A DNA stretch of 64,000 nucleotides, taken from NCBI GenBank assembly GCA_051657985.1, contig JBOFLS010000083.1, positions 1,358 through 65,357 on the forward strand. The letters are read 5' to 3'. The position numbers and the translations under genes are program-made. Shown here one piece after another: positions 19,805 to 30,570 of the stretch (position 1 is its first letter; the number at the start of each line of letters is the position of its first letter). The DNA comes from Sphingorhabdus sp. GTDB lineage: Bacteria; Pseudomonadota; Alphaproteobacteria; Sphingomonadales; Sphingomonadaceae. The notes below the pieces were generated by a model. That model was not told the DNA's origin. It was given only the letters and a program-made list of their open reading frames with translations, and made no database searches.

Positions 19805-21028
19805 TTATTTTATTGTCGTTGCGTCTGCTTTGGGCGATGCGACGAAAGGCTGATCGTAATTTTCCGGCGTGATGTCGATCCGTTCGATCCGGGGCACCGG
19901 TGAGCGCTGCCGTATGCGCGTGCCCGTCACCTCATCCAGATAACGTGCCGTGAATGTATAACGCTCGACCATATAAAACCCCGGTGCTGCCGCTTCGCCC
20001 CGCGATTTCAATGGAGCGTATACGCGCGAATTGATCGAATCGGTCACCAGCTTGGCCCATTTCGTATTGCCTGAGGATCTCAGTATTTCGGTATCGCTAA
20101 CCAAGCCGTTGGCGTTGATCCAAAAACCGACATCGATCCAGCGCTCTTCGATATTTCCTTGGCTGATCGCCAGCACATTGCTGGTATCTTGCAACATACC
20201 CTGGGTATCAGGCATCTTAATGGGTTCGGATGAAAGCAAAATCGGTCGATTGGTACCGCCTTTGTCGGCAAAACGCTTAACGATCGCGGCAGTGGATTCG
20301 TTATTGCCTGCCTTGCGATCAAGACGCGCCAGCGTAACCGCTGCTATCAGACCAAAATCTTCGGCACCTTGTGCGGGTTTGTCTGCGATTTCTCTTAGTC
20401 CGGCCAAGGCCTGGTCCATATCGGCTTTATAGTCCTTTTCATTGGCGATGGCATATTCGAGCAGCAGGCGACGTAGATTGGCATAGGTGCCGACCCTGGC
20501 ATGCCCGGCCATGAAAGCTTTTTCAGCGACGTCCTTATAAATGCGGATTGCTTCCTTGGGATAACCGAGCTTGGAACGGCTGTCGCCCACTTCAATCTGA
20601 GCAACCATGGTTCGTGGATCGTTTGCGGGCAGATTATCACGCAGCGTGTCGCGCATGTCCAATACCGCAAGGCGGAACTGATCGCCTTCGCCAAGATGTT
20701 CCGAAATCCGGCTTGAGGCGCGAAACAGATCCGAGACCTCTATCGGATATTTCTCGCCATGTTTCCGGTTGCGTCCGACCGTTTTATTCAGCGTCGATTT
20801 GGCGTTGCGATAGTCGCCGGTTATGAATTGGTTCTCGGCATGTGCAAGCGCTGCGCGGATTTCTTCATCCGGCGGGCATCCGCGTGCGACACAATCCGCA
20901 AGGGCTTTAGCCGTATCTTTTAAAGATTGACCGATGACAACGATTTCACGGTTTTGTTGTTCTTGGACAGCAATAGCGGCGCTTATCGGCAATGCCATAG
21001 ACAGGGCGAAAACAATATGTTGAAACAT
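19805..21028 (-). CDS. Exported hypothetical protein with helical repeats and a C-terminal TonB_C-like domain
   Basis: Signal peptide from M at 21028, EIVVIG motif after it, and C-terminal WIDVGFWINANG.VSD.EILRSSG pattern typical of TonB C-terminal domains. Confidence 0.6.
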   Translation of the reverse strand: MFQHIVFALSMALPISAAIAVQEQQNREIVVIGQSLKDTAKALADCVARGCPPDEEIRAALAHAENQFITGDYRNAKSTLNKTVGRNRKHGEKYPIEVSDLFRASSRISEHLGEGDQFRLAVLDMRDTLRDNLPANDPRTMVAQIEVGDSRSKLGYPKEAIRIYKDVAEKAFMAGHARVGTYANLRRLLLEYAIANEKDYKADMDQALAGLREIADKPAQGAEDFGLIAAVTLARLDRKAGNNESTAAIVKRFADKGGTNRPILLSSEPIKMPDTQGMLQDTSNVLAISQGNIEERWIDVGFWINANGLVSDTEILRSSGNTKWAKLVTDSINSRVYAPLKSRGEAAAPGFYMVERYTFTARYLDEVTGTRIRQRSPVPRIERIDITPENYDQPFVASPKADATTIK

Positions 21029-21316
21029 GAAGGTCCTTTCGATTTGCACAGCCAACTACCGTAAATGTATCCAAAATCCTGCCCTGTAAGCATGGCATCG
21101 ATAAACGTCGCCGGAGCCTCTGCCAACTGCAACGCTTGCGTGTCGACCGCAGGCTATGGTTCTCTTTAATGCCATCACACCATAGGTCCCGATCCTAGCG
21201 ATTTTATGGATTTGTCCGAACCCGCATTGACTTCATAAAATCAGGGTTCACATCTATCTTGCGATTGAAGCTCGTATATCTGCGCTTTGATCGGATTTTC
21301 TTAGGAGAGGAGAAAT

Positions 21317-22873
21317 ATGACGAACATATCGGATCTTTCGACTTTCGACGAATTTATTCGTCATTGGAGCGTCGAGCGCGCCGATCGTCTTGCCATACAG
21401 GAAGAAGATCGTGCTTATTCCTACGCGGAAGTCGAGGAACGAACGGCGCGCATCGCGAGCGCGCTTTTAGCCATGGGTTTGAAAAAAGGCGATCGGATCG
21501 CCTGGATCGGCAAGAATAGCGATCTTTACTTCACGCTGTTTTACGGCGCAGCACGCGTCGGTATTGTCATTGTACCCATTGGCTGGCGTCTGGCGCCACC
21601 GGAATGGGCGTTTATCGTCAATGATACCAAAGCCAGATTGCTGTTCCTTGGCCCCGGCTTTGAAAATACGGGCCATGCGCTTGACGGAATGCTCGATCAT
21701 GTCGAACATATCTTCACGGCCGATAAGGGAAGAGCGTTGGTCGAAGACACTCCTCGCGTTCGGTTCGAACCTGCAGGGCCCGATGATGCGGTATTGCAGC
21801 TTTATACGTCGGGAACCACAGGCAATCCCAAGGGCGCGGTTATGACAAACCACAATCTGTTCGCATTGCGAAAGCATGCCAACGACGCTGAGCTTGCCTA
21901 TACCAGATGGGACGACGACGAAGTCGTGCTTGTCGCCATGCCGTGCGCGCATATCGGTGGTACGGGGCTTGGGATCATGGCGATCGCTGCGGGTCTGCCC
22001 GCCTATATCCTGTCCGAATTCACGCCCGACGGCTTTTTCGATGCCGTCGAGACGGGTGGGGTGACACGGTTGTTTATCGTACCGGCAGCGCTGCATATAT
22101 TGCTTCAGCATCCGCGCTGCGCGCAGGTGGATTTCAGCCGTCTTAAATATATTCTTTATGGCGCTGCCCCGATACCTCTTGAACTGCTGCGGCAGTGCAT
22201 GGCCATGTTCAAATGCGAATTCATTCAGGCTTACGGGATGACGGAAACGACAGGCACCATTGTTATGTTACCACCCGAAGACCATGATCCCAATGGGCAT
22301 CCCAGGATGCGTAGCGCAGGCAAGGCCTTGCCGGGCGTCGAATTGAAAATCGTCGACGCCAAAGGCGATGAATTGCCGATCGGCGAGGTCGGAGAAGTAT
22401 GGACGCGATCGTCGAACAATATGGTCGGATACTGGAATCTGCCCGACGCAACGCGCAGTACCGTGGTTGAGGGCGGATGGATCCGGACGGGCGATGCGGG
22501 CTATATGGATGAAGACGGTTATCTCTATATTCACGATCGGGTGAAGGACATGATCATATCCGGCGGAGAAAATGTCTATCCGGCGGAGGTCGAAAGCGCG
22601 ATCTACGGACACCCCGATATACTCGAGGTTGCGGTAATAGGCGTTCCCGATGAAAAATGGGGTGAAGCGGTGAAGGCCGTGTGCGTGCCAAAGCCGGGAT
22701 CGTCGATCGATGCCGAAAGCATTATCAACTGGTCGCGGGAACGCATCGCAGGTTTCAAGGTGCCCAAGTCGATCGATATAATCCCCGCGCTCCCCCGCAA
22801 CGCCTCTGGCAAGATTTTGCGCAAGGATTTGCGCGCACCCTATTGGCAGGGATTTGAGCGACAGGTGAATTGA
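21317..22873 (+). CDS. Long-chain fatty-acid--CoA ligase family protein
   Basis: LYTSGTTGNPKG, YGMTE, RTGDAG, DRVKDMIISGGENVYPAEVE and PRNASGK motifs. Confidence 0.92.
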   Translation: MTNISDLSTFDEFIRHWSVERADRLAIQEEDRAYSYAEVEERTARIASALLAMGLKKGDRIAWIGKNSDLYFTLFYGAARVGIVIVPIGWRLAPPEWAFIVNDTKARLLFLGPGFENTGHALDGMLDHVEHIFTADKGRALVEDTPRVRFEPAGPDDAVLQLYTSGTTGNPKGAVMTNHNLFALRKHANDAELAYTRWDDDEVVLVAMPCAHIGGTGLGIMAIAAGLPAYILSEFTPDGFFDAVETGGVTRLFIVPAALHILLQHPRCAQVDFSRLKYILYGAAPIPLELLRQCMAMFKCEFIQAYGMTETTGTIVMLPPEDHDPNGHPRMRSAGKALPGVELKIVDAKGDELPIGEVGEVWTRSSNNMVGYWNLPDATRSTVVEGGWIRTGDAGYMDEDGYLYIHDRVKDMIISGGENVYPAEVESAIYGHPDILEVAVIGVPDEKWGEAVKAVCVPKPGSSIDAESIINWSRERIAGFKVPKSIDIIPALPRNASGKILRKDLRAPYWQGFERQVN

Positions 22874-22951
22874 TTTGCGCGTCGGGACCGTGGAATTTTT
22901 GTAAAGACAATGTCATTTTTTTGGCTTGGCTGATATAAGCCGGAAGATACC

Positions 22952-25249
22952 ATGCCAAAAACGAAAACCCGCCCGGTAAAACCCGATACCGCCACACTCG
23001 AAGCGTTGGACAGCCGCCTGCGCTGGTTATCGTCTTGGATAATTCATAATGCCAACCATATACGGGAAAGCCGTGACGGCCTGAAAGTCGGCGGGCATCA
23101 GGCAAGCTGCGCCTCGATCACGGCGATAATGACGGCGCTCTATTTTCATGCGTTAAGGCCTAATGACAAGGTCGCCGTCAAACCGCATGCCGCGCCCGTG
23201 CTGCATGCCATTCATTATTTGCTGGGTAGTCAAAGTCTGGAAAAATTGCAGGCATTCCGGGCGTTGGGCGGAGCGCAAAGCTATCCCTCACGCACCAAAG
23301 ATACGATCCCGGTCGATTTTTCGACGGGTTCGGTTGGGCTGGGTGTGGCGATCACGGCTTTCGCTTCGTTAATCCAGGATTATCTCATTGCGCATCGTGG
23401 CATGGCCGAGGCCAATGCCGGGCGCATGATCGCGCTAATGGGCGATGCAGAGCTTGATGAGGGCAATATATATGAATGCCTGATCGAGGCTTACAAGCAC
23501 CAGATCCGCAATTGCTGGTGGATCGTCGACTACAACCGGCAGAGCCTCGACAGCACCACGGCCGACCGCATGTTCCGCCGCTTCGACGATATTTTCGAAA
23601 CCTGCGGCTGGCGGGTGGTGACGATCAAATCGGGTAAGCTGCAAAAGGCGGCTTTCAGGGAGCCGGGCGGACAGGCGCTGTCGGACTGGATCGACGAAAC
23701 CCCCAATGCCGAATATGCGGCACTCACCTTTCAGGGTGGCCCGGCTTGGCGCGAGCGGTTGTTGCGTGACATCGGGCATGTGCGCGGTGTCCCCGAACTG
23801 CTGGCCAGGCGCGGCGATAGCGAGCTCGCGGCGCTGATGACCAATCTGGGCGGGCATTGCATCGAAAGCGTGTGCGAGGCTTTCGACAGCGCGCAGGATG
23901 ACAAGCCAACCCTTTTCATCGCCTATACCGTAAAGGGCTATGGACTACCCTTTGCCGGGCACAAGGACAATCATGCCGGGCTGATGACGCCGACGCAGAT
24001 CGAAGGGCTGCGTGCGCAATTGGGAATAGCCGAAGGCGATGAGTGGGAGCCTTGGGCTGGGCTGGGCGACAATATGGCAGCTGCGGCCAAAGCCCTCGCC
24101 GAAAGATCGCCCTTGGTACGCGAAAAGCGCAGCGGTTCAGCCTTTGTCGACGTGCCGGCGATATTGCCGCCCGAAGGTGCGCAGCAATCGACGCAGGCGG
24201 CGTTTGGGAAGATATTGCTCGAGCTTGCCAAGGGTGGCAGCGATCTCGCGGCGCGCATCGTCACCACCTCGCCCGACGTCACGGTTTCCACCAATCTCGG
24301 CGCCTGGGTCAATCAGCGTGGGCTGTTCCGGCGGCAGGAACTGCCCGACGTCTTCCGTACCGCCAAGATTCCCAGCGTGCAGAAATGGGGCGGTTCGGCA
24401 GCGGGGCAGCACATCGAGCTCGGCATTGCCGAAAACAACCTGTTCCTGATGCTCGCCGCGATGGGGCTAGCGGGCGATATCTTTGGCGAACGGCTGATCC
24501 CTATAGGTACCGTCTATGATCCCTTCATCGCGCGCGGCCTCGATGCGCTCAACTATGCCTGTTATCAGGACGCGCGCTTTCTGCTGGTGGCGACCCCTTC
24601 GGGCCTTACGCTGGCGGCTGAGGGCGGCGCGCATCAGTCGATCAACCCGCCGTTGATCGCGATGGGGCAACCGGGGCTTAGGCATTATGAGCCCGCCTTT
24701 GTCGATGAACTCGCGCTGTTTATGGAAGAGGCGTTCCATCAGTTGCAGGCTCCGGACGGGGAAAGCGTGTATTTGCGGCTGACAACACGCGAGATTGAGC
24801 AGCCGGAGCGCGACCGGGCGTGGCAGGCTGATGCCGTCGCTGGCGGCTATTGGTTGAAACCGCCGGGTCCCGATTGTCAGGCAGCGATTGTCGCGATGGG
24901 TGCGGTGATGCCCGAGGCGCTGGAGGCGTGGGAAGCGATGCAGGATGACTTACCGGGACTTGGCCTGTTCAACGTCACTTCGCCCGATCGGCTGCATCAG
25001 GACTGGAGCGCCAATTCGGGTGCATCGCATATCGCGCGGCAATTGAGGCAAGCCTCGTCAGCGGTGCTGGTGACCGTCACCGATGGTTCGCCCGCAGCGC
25101 TTTCCTGGCTGGGTGCGGTGCATGGCCAAAAGGTTGCGCCGCTTGGCACCGACCGCTTTGGCCAGACAGGCGATTTGCCCGATCTCTACCGCGCCTATGG
25201 CCTTGATGCCGATGCAATTATTGCGGCTATGGCTGTGGTGTTGGCGTGA
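22952..25249 (+). CDS. Homodimeric AceE-type 2-oxoacid dehydrogenase E1 / transketolase-like TPP enzyme
   Basis: KVGGHQAS, SYPSR, STGSVGLG, TPP motif GDAELDEGN, HIELGIAENN and EGGAHQS. Confidence 0.85.
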   Translation: MPKTKTRPVKPDTATLEALDSRLRWLSSWIIHNANHIRESRDGLKVGGHQASCASITAIMTALYFHALRPNDKVAVKPHAAPVLHAIHYLLGSQSLEKLQAFRALGGAQSYPSRTKDTIPVDFSTGSVGLGVAITAFASLIQDYLIAHRGMAEANAGRMIALMGDAELDEGNIYECLIEAYKHQIRNCWWIVDYNRQSLDSTTADRMFRRFDDIFETCGWRVVTIKSGKLQKAAFREPGGQALSDWIDETPNAEYAALTFQGGPAWRERLLRDIGHVRGVPELLARRGDSELAALMTNLGGHCIESVCEAFDSAQDDKPTLFIAYTVKGYGLPFAGHKDNHAGLMTPTQIEGLRAQLGIAEGDEWEPWAGLGDNMAAAAKALAERSPLVREKRSGSAFVDVPAILPPEGAQQSTQAAFGKILLELAKGGSDLAARIVTTSPDVTVSTNLGAWVNQRGLFRRQELPDVFRTAKIPSVQKWGGSAAGQHIELGIAENNLFLMLAAMGLAGDIFGERLIPIGTVYDPFIARGLDALNYACYQDARFLLVATPSGLTLAAEGGAHQSINPPLIAMGQPGLRHYEPAFVDELALFMEEAFHQLQAPDGESVYLRLTTREIEQPERDRAWQADAVAGGYWLKPPGPDCQAAIVAMGAVMPEALEAWEAMQDDLPGLGLFNVTSPDRLHQDWSANSGASHIARQLRQASSAVLVTVTDGSPAALSWLGAVHGQKVAPLGTDRFGQTGDLPDLYRAYGLDADAIIAAMAVVLA

Positions 25250-25559
25250 AATTTCGGATTGTGTCGGTTTCGATCCTAACACGCATAATGCCTTGACTTC
25301 GATGTTTGTTCCTGTATTGTTCCAGATTGTTCTTTGAATTTGTCTGTGTTCTTCTCTCATCCGCGATTTCGTGGAGTCCTATGATGCTATTTTGTCGCTT
25401 GATCCAGGGTTGGATTTGCAACCATTAATATGTCAACTTGCACGTAAATCCGCCATTTTGGCGATTGGGAAATTATCCCTGTCCGGCAAGCGGATCTTGC
25501 TGATGCCGGCAAATTTATCGCGTTGGATGGTGCATCCGATTCGATCAGGACTTTGGAAG

Positions 25560-26279
25560 TCACATCGCTTTGAAAACCCGACCCACCAGTTCTTTCCGAC
25601 AGACCAACAGGTCGGGCAGATAGGGGTCGGCATTGTTATAGCGCATCGGTGAACCATCGATACGGCTTACATGCAGTCCCGCGGCCTCAGCCACCGCGAC
25701 AGGAGCGCAATTGTCCCATTCGAACTGGCCGCCGGTGTGGAGGTAGATGTCCGCCTCGCCGCGCACCACGGCCATTGCCTTGGCCCCGGCCGAGCCCATC
25801 GGCAGCAATTCGGCATCTAGCGCTTCCGCAACCTTCACCGCTTCGGCGGCCGGACGGCTACGGCTGACCACCATTTTGAGCGAGGCATGGGCGGGCTGGA
25901 GCAACAGCGGCGTCTGCGTCGACAGCGTCTGACCAAGCCCGGGCAGGGCAACCGCGCCCACAGTTGCAACGCCATCGATCGCCAACGCGACGTGCACTGC
26001 CCAATCGCTCCGTCCCTCGCCATATTCGCGCGTGCCATCGAGCGGGTCGATGATCCACACACGACGGGCGTTCAAACGCAGGCCATCGCAGCGTTCTTCC
26101 TCAGACAGGATAGCGTCCTCAACGCGCCGCATCCGCAACATGCCCATCAGGAAATCGTTGGCAATCCGGTCGCCCTCGTCCCCCAGCTCTTTGCCCGAAA
26201 GCCCGCCGGTTTGCTGCAGGACGAGCAGCATTCGACCGGCTTCCTCGGCCAGGAAATGGGCAAGCTCGCCGTCCGTCAC
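25560..26279 (-). CDS. cysQ: 3'(2'),5'-bisphosphate nucleotidase
   Basis: [24 protein letters not shown] and EWDNCAP inositol-monophosphatase family motifs; follows cysNC. Confidence 0.9.
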   Translation of the reverse strand: MTDGELAHFLAEEAGRMLLVLQQTGGLSGKELGDEGDRIANDFLMGMLRMRRVEDAILSEEERCDGLRLNARRVWIIDPLDGTREYGEGRSDWAVHVALAIDGVATVGAVALPGLGQTLSTQTPLLLQPAHASLKMVVSRSRPAAEAVKVAEALDAELLPMGSAGAKAMAVVRGEADIYLHTGGQFEWDNCAPVAVAEAAGLHVSRIDGSPMRYNNADPYLPDLLVCRKELVGRVFKAM

Positions 26280-28207
26280 AAGTCGGGACTCCAGATGCCG
26301 ATGACTTTCTCGACGATCATCTCGGCCGCACTTTCGGGGCTGACTTTTGTCGTGTCGATATGGATTTCCGGTTTATCAGGCGTTTCATAGGGGCTGTCGA
26401 TCCCGGTGAAGTTTTTAAGCGCGCCTGATCGGGCTTTTTTATAGAGGCCTTTCACGTCGCGGGTTTCGGCAACCTCCAGCGGTGTATCGATGAAAATCTC
26501 GATAAACTCGCCCTTGGGCAGCATCGATCGCGCGAGGTCGCGTTCGGCGCGGAAGGGGGAGATGAAGGCGGTGAGGACGATCAATCCGGCATCGGTCATC
26601 AACTTGGCAACCTCACCAATACGCCGAATATTCTCGATGCGGTCGGCATCGGTAAAGCCGAGATCCTTATTCAGCCCATGCCGTACATTGTCGCCATCAA
26701 GCAGGAAGCTGTGCTTGCCCAGCGCATAGAGCTTTTTCTCGACCAGGTTGGCAATCGTCGATTTGCCCGAACCCGAAAGCCCCGTGAACCATAGCAGGCG
26801 CGGTTCCTGGCCCTTTTGCCGTGCATGCGCCTCACGGCTGATATCGACCGCCTGCCAGTGGACATTTTCCGCCCGCCGCAGCGCAAAGTTGAGCATGCCG
26901 GCTGCAACGGTCGCGTTCGACATTTTGTCGATCAGGATGAAGCCGCCCAGCGCGCGGTTTTGCGCATAGGGTTCGAACACCAGCTGGCGGTCGGTGGTGA
27001 CGACTGCGGCCCCGATTGCGTTCAGCTCCAGCGTTTTGGCCGCGAGCTGCTCCCCGGAACTACCGACGGCGTTGACGTTCACCTGATATTTGGGTTGCTG
27101 CACCGTTGCCGAAACCATCTGGGTGCCGAGCTTCAGCCAATAGGCGCGGCCGGGAATCAACGGTTCGTCGGCCATCCAGACAAGACTGGCCTCGAACTGG
27201 TCGGCGGCTTGCGGTGGGTTGTCGGCGGCGGCGATCACATTGCCGCGCGAACAATCGATCTCATCGGCAAGGCACAGCGTGACCGATTGCCCAGCCAGAG
27301 CCTCATCGAGATCGCCGTCGAAAGCTGCAATCCGGCTGACTGTGCTGGTCTTGCCGGAGGGTAATATGCGCACGGTATCGCCGGGTTTTACGCTGCCGCT
27401 TGCAATCTGCCCGGCAAAGCCGCGGAAATCGAGATTGGGGCGGTTGACCCATTGTACGGGCAGGCGGAAAGGCTTGGCCTGGTCGACATCGCCGTCGATC
27501 TCGACCGTTTCCAGCTCCTCGATCAGCGTCGGCCCGCCATACCAGGGCGTGTGCTCTGACCGTGTCGCGATATTGTCGCCGGCCAGCCCCGAGATTGGAA
27601 TGCAGGTAAAGTCGTCGATGCCGATCTGGCGTGCAAAGGCGCGGTAATCGTCGCAAATCGCATTGTACCTGTCCGGATCGAAGCCGATCAGGTCCATCTT
27701 GTTCACCGCAAGCACAATGTGCCGCACGCCGACAAGCTGCGCCAAATAGCTGTGCCGCCGGGTTTGGGTCAGCACGCCCTTGCGCGCGTCGATCAGGATC
27801 ACGGCCAAATCGGCCGTTGACGCCCCCGTGACCATATTGCGCGTATATTGCTCATGCCCCGGGCAGTCGGCGACGATGAACTTACGCTTTTCGGTCGCGA
27901 AAAAGCGATAGGCAACGTCAATGGTGATTCCCTGTTCGCGCTCGGCAGCAAGGCCGTCGACGAGCAGGGCAAAGTCGATCTCCTGACCCTGCGTGCCGAC
28001 ACGCTTGCTATCGTTTTCGAGAGCCGCGAGCTGATCCTCAAAGATCATCTTGCTGTCATAGAGCAGCCGCCCGATCAGCGTCGACTTGCCATCGTCGACA
28101 CTGCCGCAGGTGATGAAGCGCAGCATCGACTTGTGTTGGTGTTGATCGAGATAGGCGTTGATATCCTCGGCAATCAGGGCGTCGGTTTCGTAAACGGGGT
28201 GGGTCAT
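26276..28207 (-). CDS. cysNC: Bifunctional sulfate adenylyltransferase subunit 1 / APS kinase (CysN-CysC, NodQ-like)
   Basis: [22 protein letters not shown] and DCPGHEQY GTPase motifs fused to [19 protein letters not shown] and [13 protein letters not shown] kinase motifs. Confidence 0.96.
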   Translation of the reverse strand: MTHPVYETDALIAEDINAYLDQHQHKSMLRFITCGSVDDGKSTLIGRLLYDSKMIFEDQLAALENDSKRVGTQGQEIDFALLVDGLAAEREQGITIDVAYRFFATEKRKFIVADCPGHEQYTRNMVTGASTADLAVILIDARKGVLTQTRRHSYLAQLVGVRHIVLAVNKMDLIGFDPDRYNAICDDYRAFARQIGIDDFTCIPISGLAGDNIATRSEHTPWYGGPTLIEELETVEIDGDVDQAKPFRLPVQWVNRPNLDFRGFAGQIASGSVKPGDTVRILPSGKTSTVSRIAAFDGDLDEALAGQSVTLCLADEIDCSRGNVIAAADNPPQAADQFEASLVWMADEPLIPGRAYWLKLGTQMVSATVQQPKYQVNVNAVGSSGEQLAAKTLELNAIGAAVVTTDRQLVFEPYAQNRALGGFILIDKMSNATVAAGMLNFALRRAENVHWQAVDISREAHARQKGQEPRLLWFTGLSGSGKSTIANLVEKKLYALGKHSFLLDGDNVRHGLNKDLGFTDADRIENIRRIGEVAKLMTDAGLIVLTAFISPFRAERDLARSMLPKGEFIEIFIDTPLEVAETRDVKGLYKKARSGALKNFTGIDSPYETPDKPEIHIDTTKVSPESAAEMIVEKVIGIWSPDL

Positions 28208-29121
28208 CAGAAATAACCCTCCTGCTTCTTCTTCTCCATCGATGCATCGCCGCCATCCTTGTCGATGATGCGGCCCTGCCGTTCGCTGGTGGTGGTCAGC
28301 AGCATTTCCTGGATCACGTCAGACAGCGTCGCCGCTTCACTCTCGACCGCCCCGGTCAGCGGAAAGCATCCCAGGGTACGGAAACGGATTGAACGTATCT
28401 GCGTTTCGATCTTGCGCCCGAGTACCTGTTCAAGCCGCTCCGGATCGTCGGCCATGAACAGTTGCCCATCCTGTTCATAGGTCGGGCGCGGTGCGCTGAA
28501 ATAGAGCGGCACAATCTTGATATTGTTCAGATGGATATATTGCCAGATATCAAGCTCGGTCCAGTTCGAGATCGGGAAGACGCGAATGCTCTCCCCCTTC
28601 TTCTTGCGGGCATTGTATAGGTTCCACAACTCGGGCCGCTGGTTCTTCGGATCCCAGCCATGATTGACGTTACGGAAAGAAAATATACGTTCCTTCGCGC
28701 GGCTCTTTTCCTCATCGCGCCGCGCGCCGCCAAAGGCCGCATCGAAGCCATAATGGTCGAGCGCTTGTTTCAGCCCTTCGGTCTTCCACATATCGGTATG
28801 CAGCGGGCCATGATCGAACGGGTTGATGCCCTGTTCACGCGCCTCCGGATTTTGCCAGACAAGCAATTCCATGCCTGCATCTGCAGCGGATTTTTCGCGC
28901 AGCGCATACATGTCCTTGAACTTCCATGTCGTATCGACATGCAACAGCGGGAAGGGCGGCGGGGCGGGGTGAAAGGCTTTCCTGGCCAAGTGCAGCATCA
29001 CCGCGCTGTCCTTGCCAATGCTGTAAAGCATGACCGGCTTTCCCGCCTCAGCCACCACTTCACGCATGATGTGGATCGCCTCGGCCTCCAGCCTTTCGAG
29101 ATGAGTTAGTATGCGGGACAT
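28207..29121 (-). CDS. cysD: Sulfate adenylyltransferase subunit 2
   Basis: [22 protein letters not shown] and RFRTLGC motifs. Start placed at ATG 29121. Confidence 0.96.
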   Translation of the reverse strand: MSRILTHLERLEAEAIHIMREVVAEAGKPVMLYSIGKDSAVMLHLARKAFHPAPPPFPLLHVDTTWKFKDMYALREKSAADAGMELLVWQNPEAREQGINPFDHGPLHTDMWKTEGLKQALDHYGFDAAFGGARRDEEKSRAKERIFSFRNVNHGWDPKNQRPELWNLYNARKKKGESIRVFPISNWTELDIWQYIHLNNIKIVPLYFSAPRPTYEQDGQLFMADDPERLEQVLGRKIETQIRSIRFRTLGCFPLTGAVESEAATLSDVIQEMLLTTTSERQGRIIDKDGGDASMEKKKQEGYF

Positions 29122-29196
29122 GGGCTGCTCATTTGGCCAATGCACGTCGCGCCGCAAGCATTTATGCCTTTGCCTCGGGCAAGCTGTACTTTTGCA

Positions 29197-30501
29197 TCAG
29201 CGTCCGACGCTGAAATAGTCGAAGCCGGCTTTGACACCTTCTTCCGGTCGGTAAATGTTACGCAGGTCGACCAGCACATCGCCCTTCATCGCTCTCTTCA
29301 GCTTGGCAAGGTCTAGCGCGCGATAGGCATCCCATTCGGTAACAATGGCGACTGCGTCAGCGCCGTCCGCGGCGGCATAGGCGCTGTTGGTCATCTCAAC
29401 CTCAGGCAGGATTTTCGATGCTTCCTCCATGCCTTCAGGGTCATGCGCTGCAATCTTGGCCCCCGCATCGATCAGCGTTTGCACAATGGCGATCGAGGGT
29501 GCGTCGCGCATATCATCAGTATTGGGTTTGAAGGTCAGGCCGAGCAGCGCGACTTTCTTCCCCCGTGCATCGCCGCCCAGCGCATTGACGATCTTGCGAC
29601 CCATCGCCCGCTTGCGCAGGTCGTTCGCCTGCACCACCGCCTCGACGATCCGCACCGGCGTATCGTTATCTTGCGCGGTCTTGAGCAGCGCGAGCGTATC
29701 CTTCGGAAAACAGCTCCCCCCATAGCCCGGCCCTGCGTGCAGGAACTTCGCTCCGATCCGGTTGTCGAGACCTATGCCGCGCGAAACGTCCTGCACATTG
29801 GCGCCCAGCTTTTCGCACAGATCGGCCATTTCGTTGATGAAGGTAATTTTGGTCGCAAGGAATGCATTGGCCGCATATTTGATAAGCTCCGATGAACGGC
29901 GGCTGGTGAACAGGATCGGCGATTCGTTAAGGAAAAGCGGGCGATAGACCGCGCGCATAACCTCACGCGCCCATTCGACATCGGTGCCGACAACGATCCG
30001 GTCGGGCCGTTTAAAATCGCCGATAGCAGCGCCTTCGCGGAGGAATTCCGGATTTGAGACCACTTCGAATTCCAGGTCGGGGCGCACCTCGCGAATGATC
30101 CGCTCGACTTCGTCGCCAGTGCCTACGGGAACGGTCGATTTGGTGACGACAACGGTTTTCGGGCCAATAGCCAGGCCAATCTCTTTCGAGGCAGCATAGA
30201 CATAGCTCAGATCCGCATGGCCATCGCCGCGTCGCGAAGGGGTTCCAACGGCAATGAACACAGCGTTGCAACCTTCAACCGATCCAGCAAGGTCTGTCGA
30301 GAAACTCAATCGTCCGGCATCGACATTTGATTTGACGAGTGCATCAAGCCCTGGTTCGTAAATCGGCATGACATTGGCGTTCAGCCGGTCGATTTTGCTT
30401 TGATCCTTATCGACGCAGATTACTTCATGACCGAAATCGGCAAAGCAAGCCCCCGAAACCAGACCTACATAGCCGGAACCAATCATCGCGATTTTCATCA
30501 A
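29197..30501 (-). CDS. ugd: UDP-glucose 6-dehydrogenase
   Basis: GSGYVGLV, SNPEFLREG, KYAANAFLA, GYGGSCFPKD and FKPNTDD.R motifs. Confidence 0.95.
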   Translation of the reverse strand: MMKIAMIGSGYVGLVSGACFADFGHEVICVDKDQSKIDRLNANVMPIYEPGLDALVKSNVDAGRLSFSTDLAGSVEGCNAVFIAVGTPSRRGDGHADLSYVYAASKEIGLAIGPKTVVVTKSTVPVGTGDEVERIIREVRPDLEFEVVSNPEFLREGAAIGDFKRPDRIVVGTDVEWAREVMRAVYRPLFLNESPILFTSRRSSELIKYAANAFLATKITFINEMADLCEKLGANVQDVSRGIGLDNRIGAKFLHAGPGYGGSCFPKDTLALLKTAQDNDTPVRIVEAVVQANDLRKRAMGRKIVNALGGDARGKKVALLGLTFKPNTDDMRDAPSIAIVQTLIDAGAKIAAHDPEGMEEASKILPEVEMTNSAYAAADGADAVAIVTEWDAYRALDLAKLKRAMKGDVLVDLRNIYRPEEGVKAGFDYFSVGR

Positions 30502-30570
30502 TATTATCCTATTATTCTTTGCATGAAATGCCCCGTAGTTGGCGCGTAGAAAGTTACAATCGCGATTGTA

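Noticed and set aside
21212-21223. TTGTCCGAACCC upstream of the acyl-CoA ligase as a fourth operator
   Set aside because: It matches 9 of 12 positions, loses the palindromic right arm and lacks the AAAG flank.
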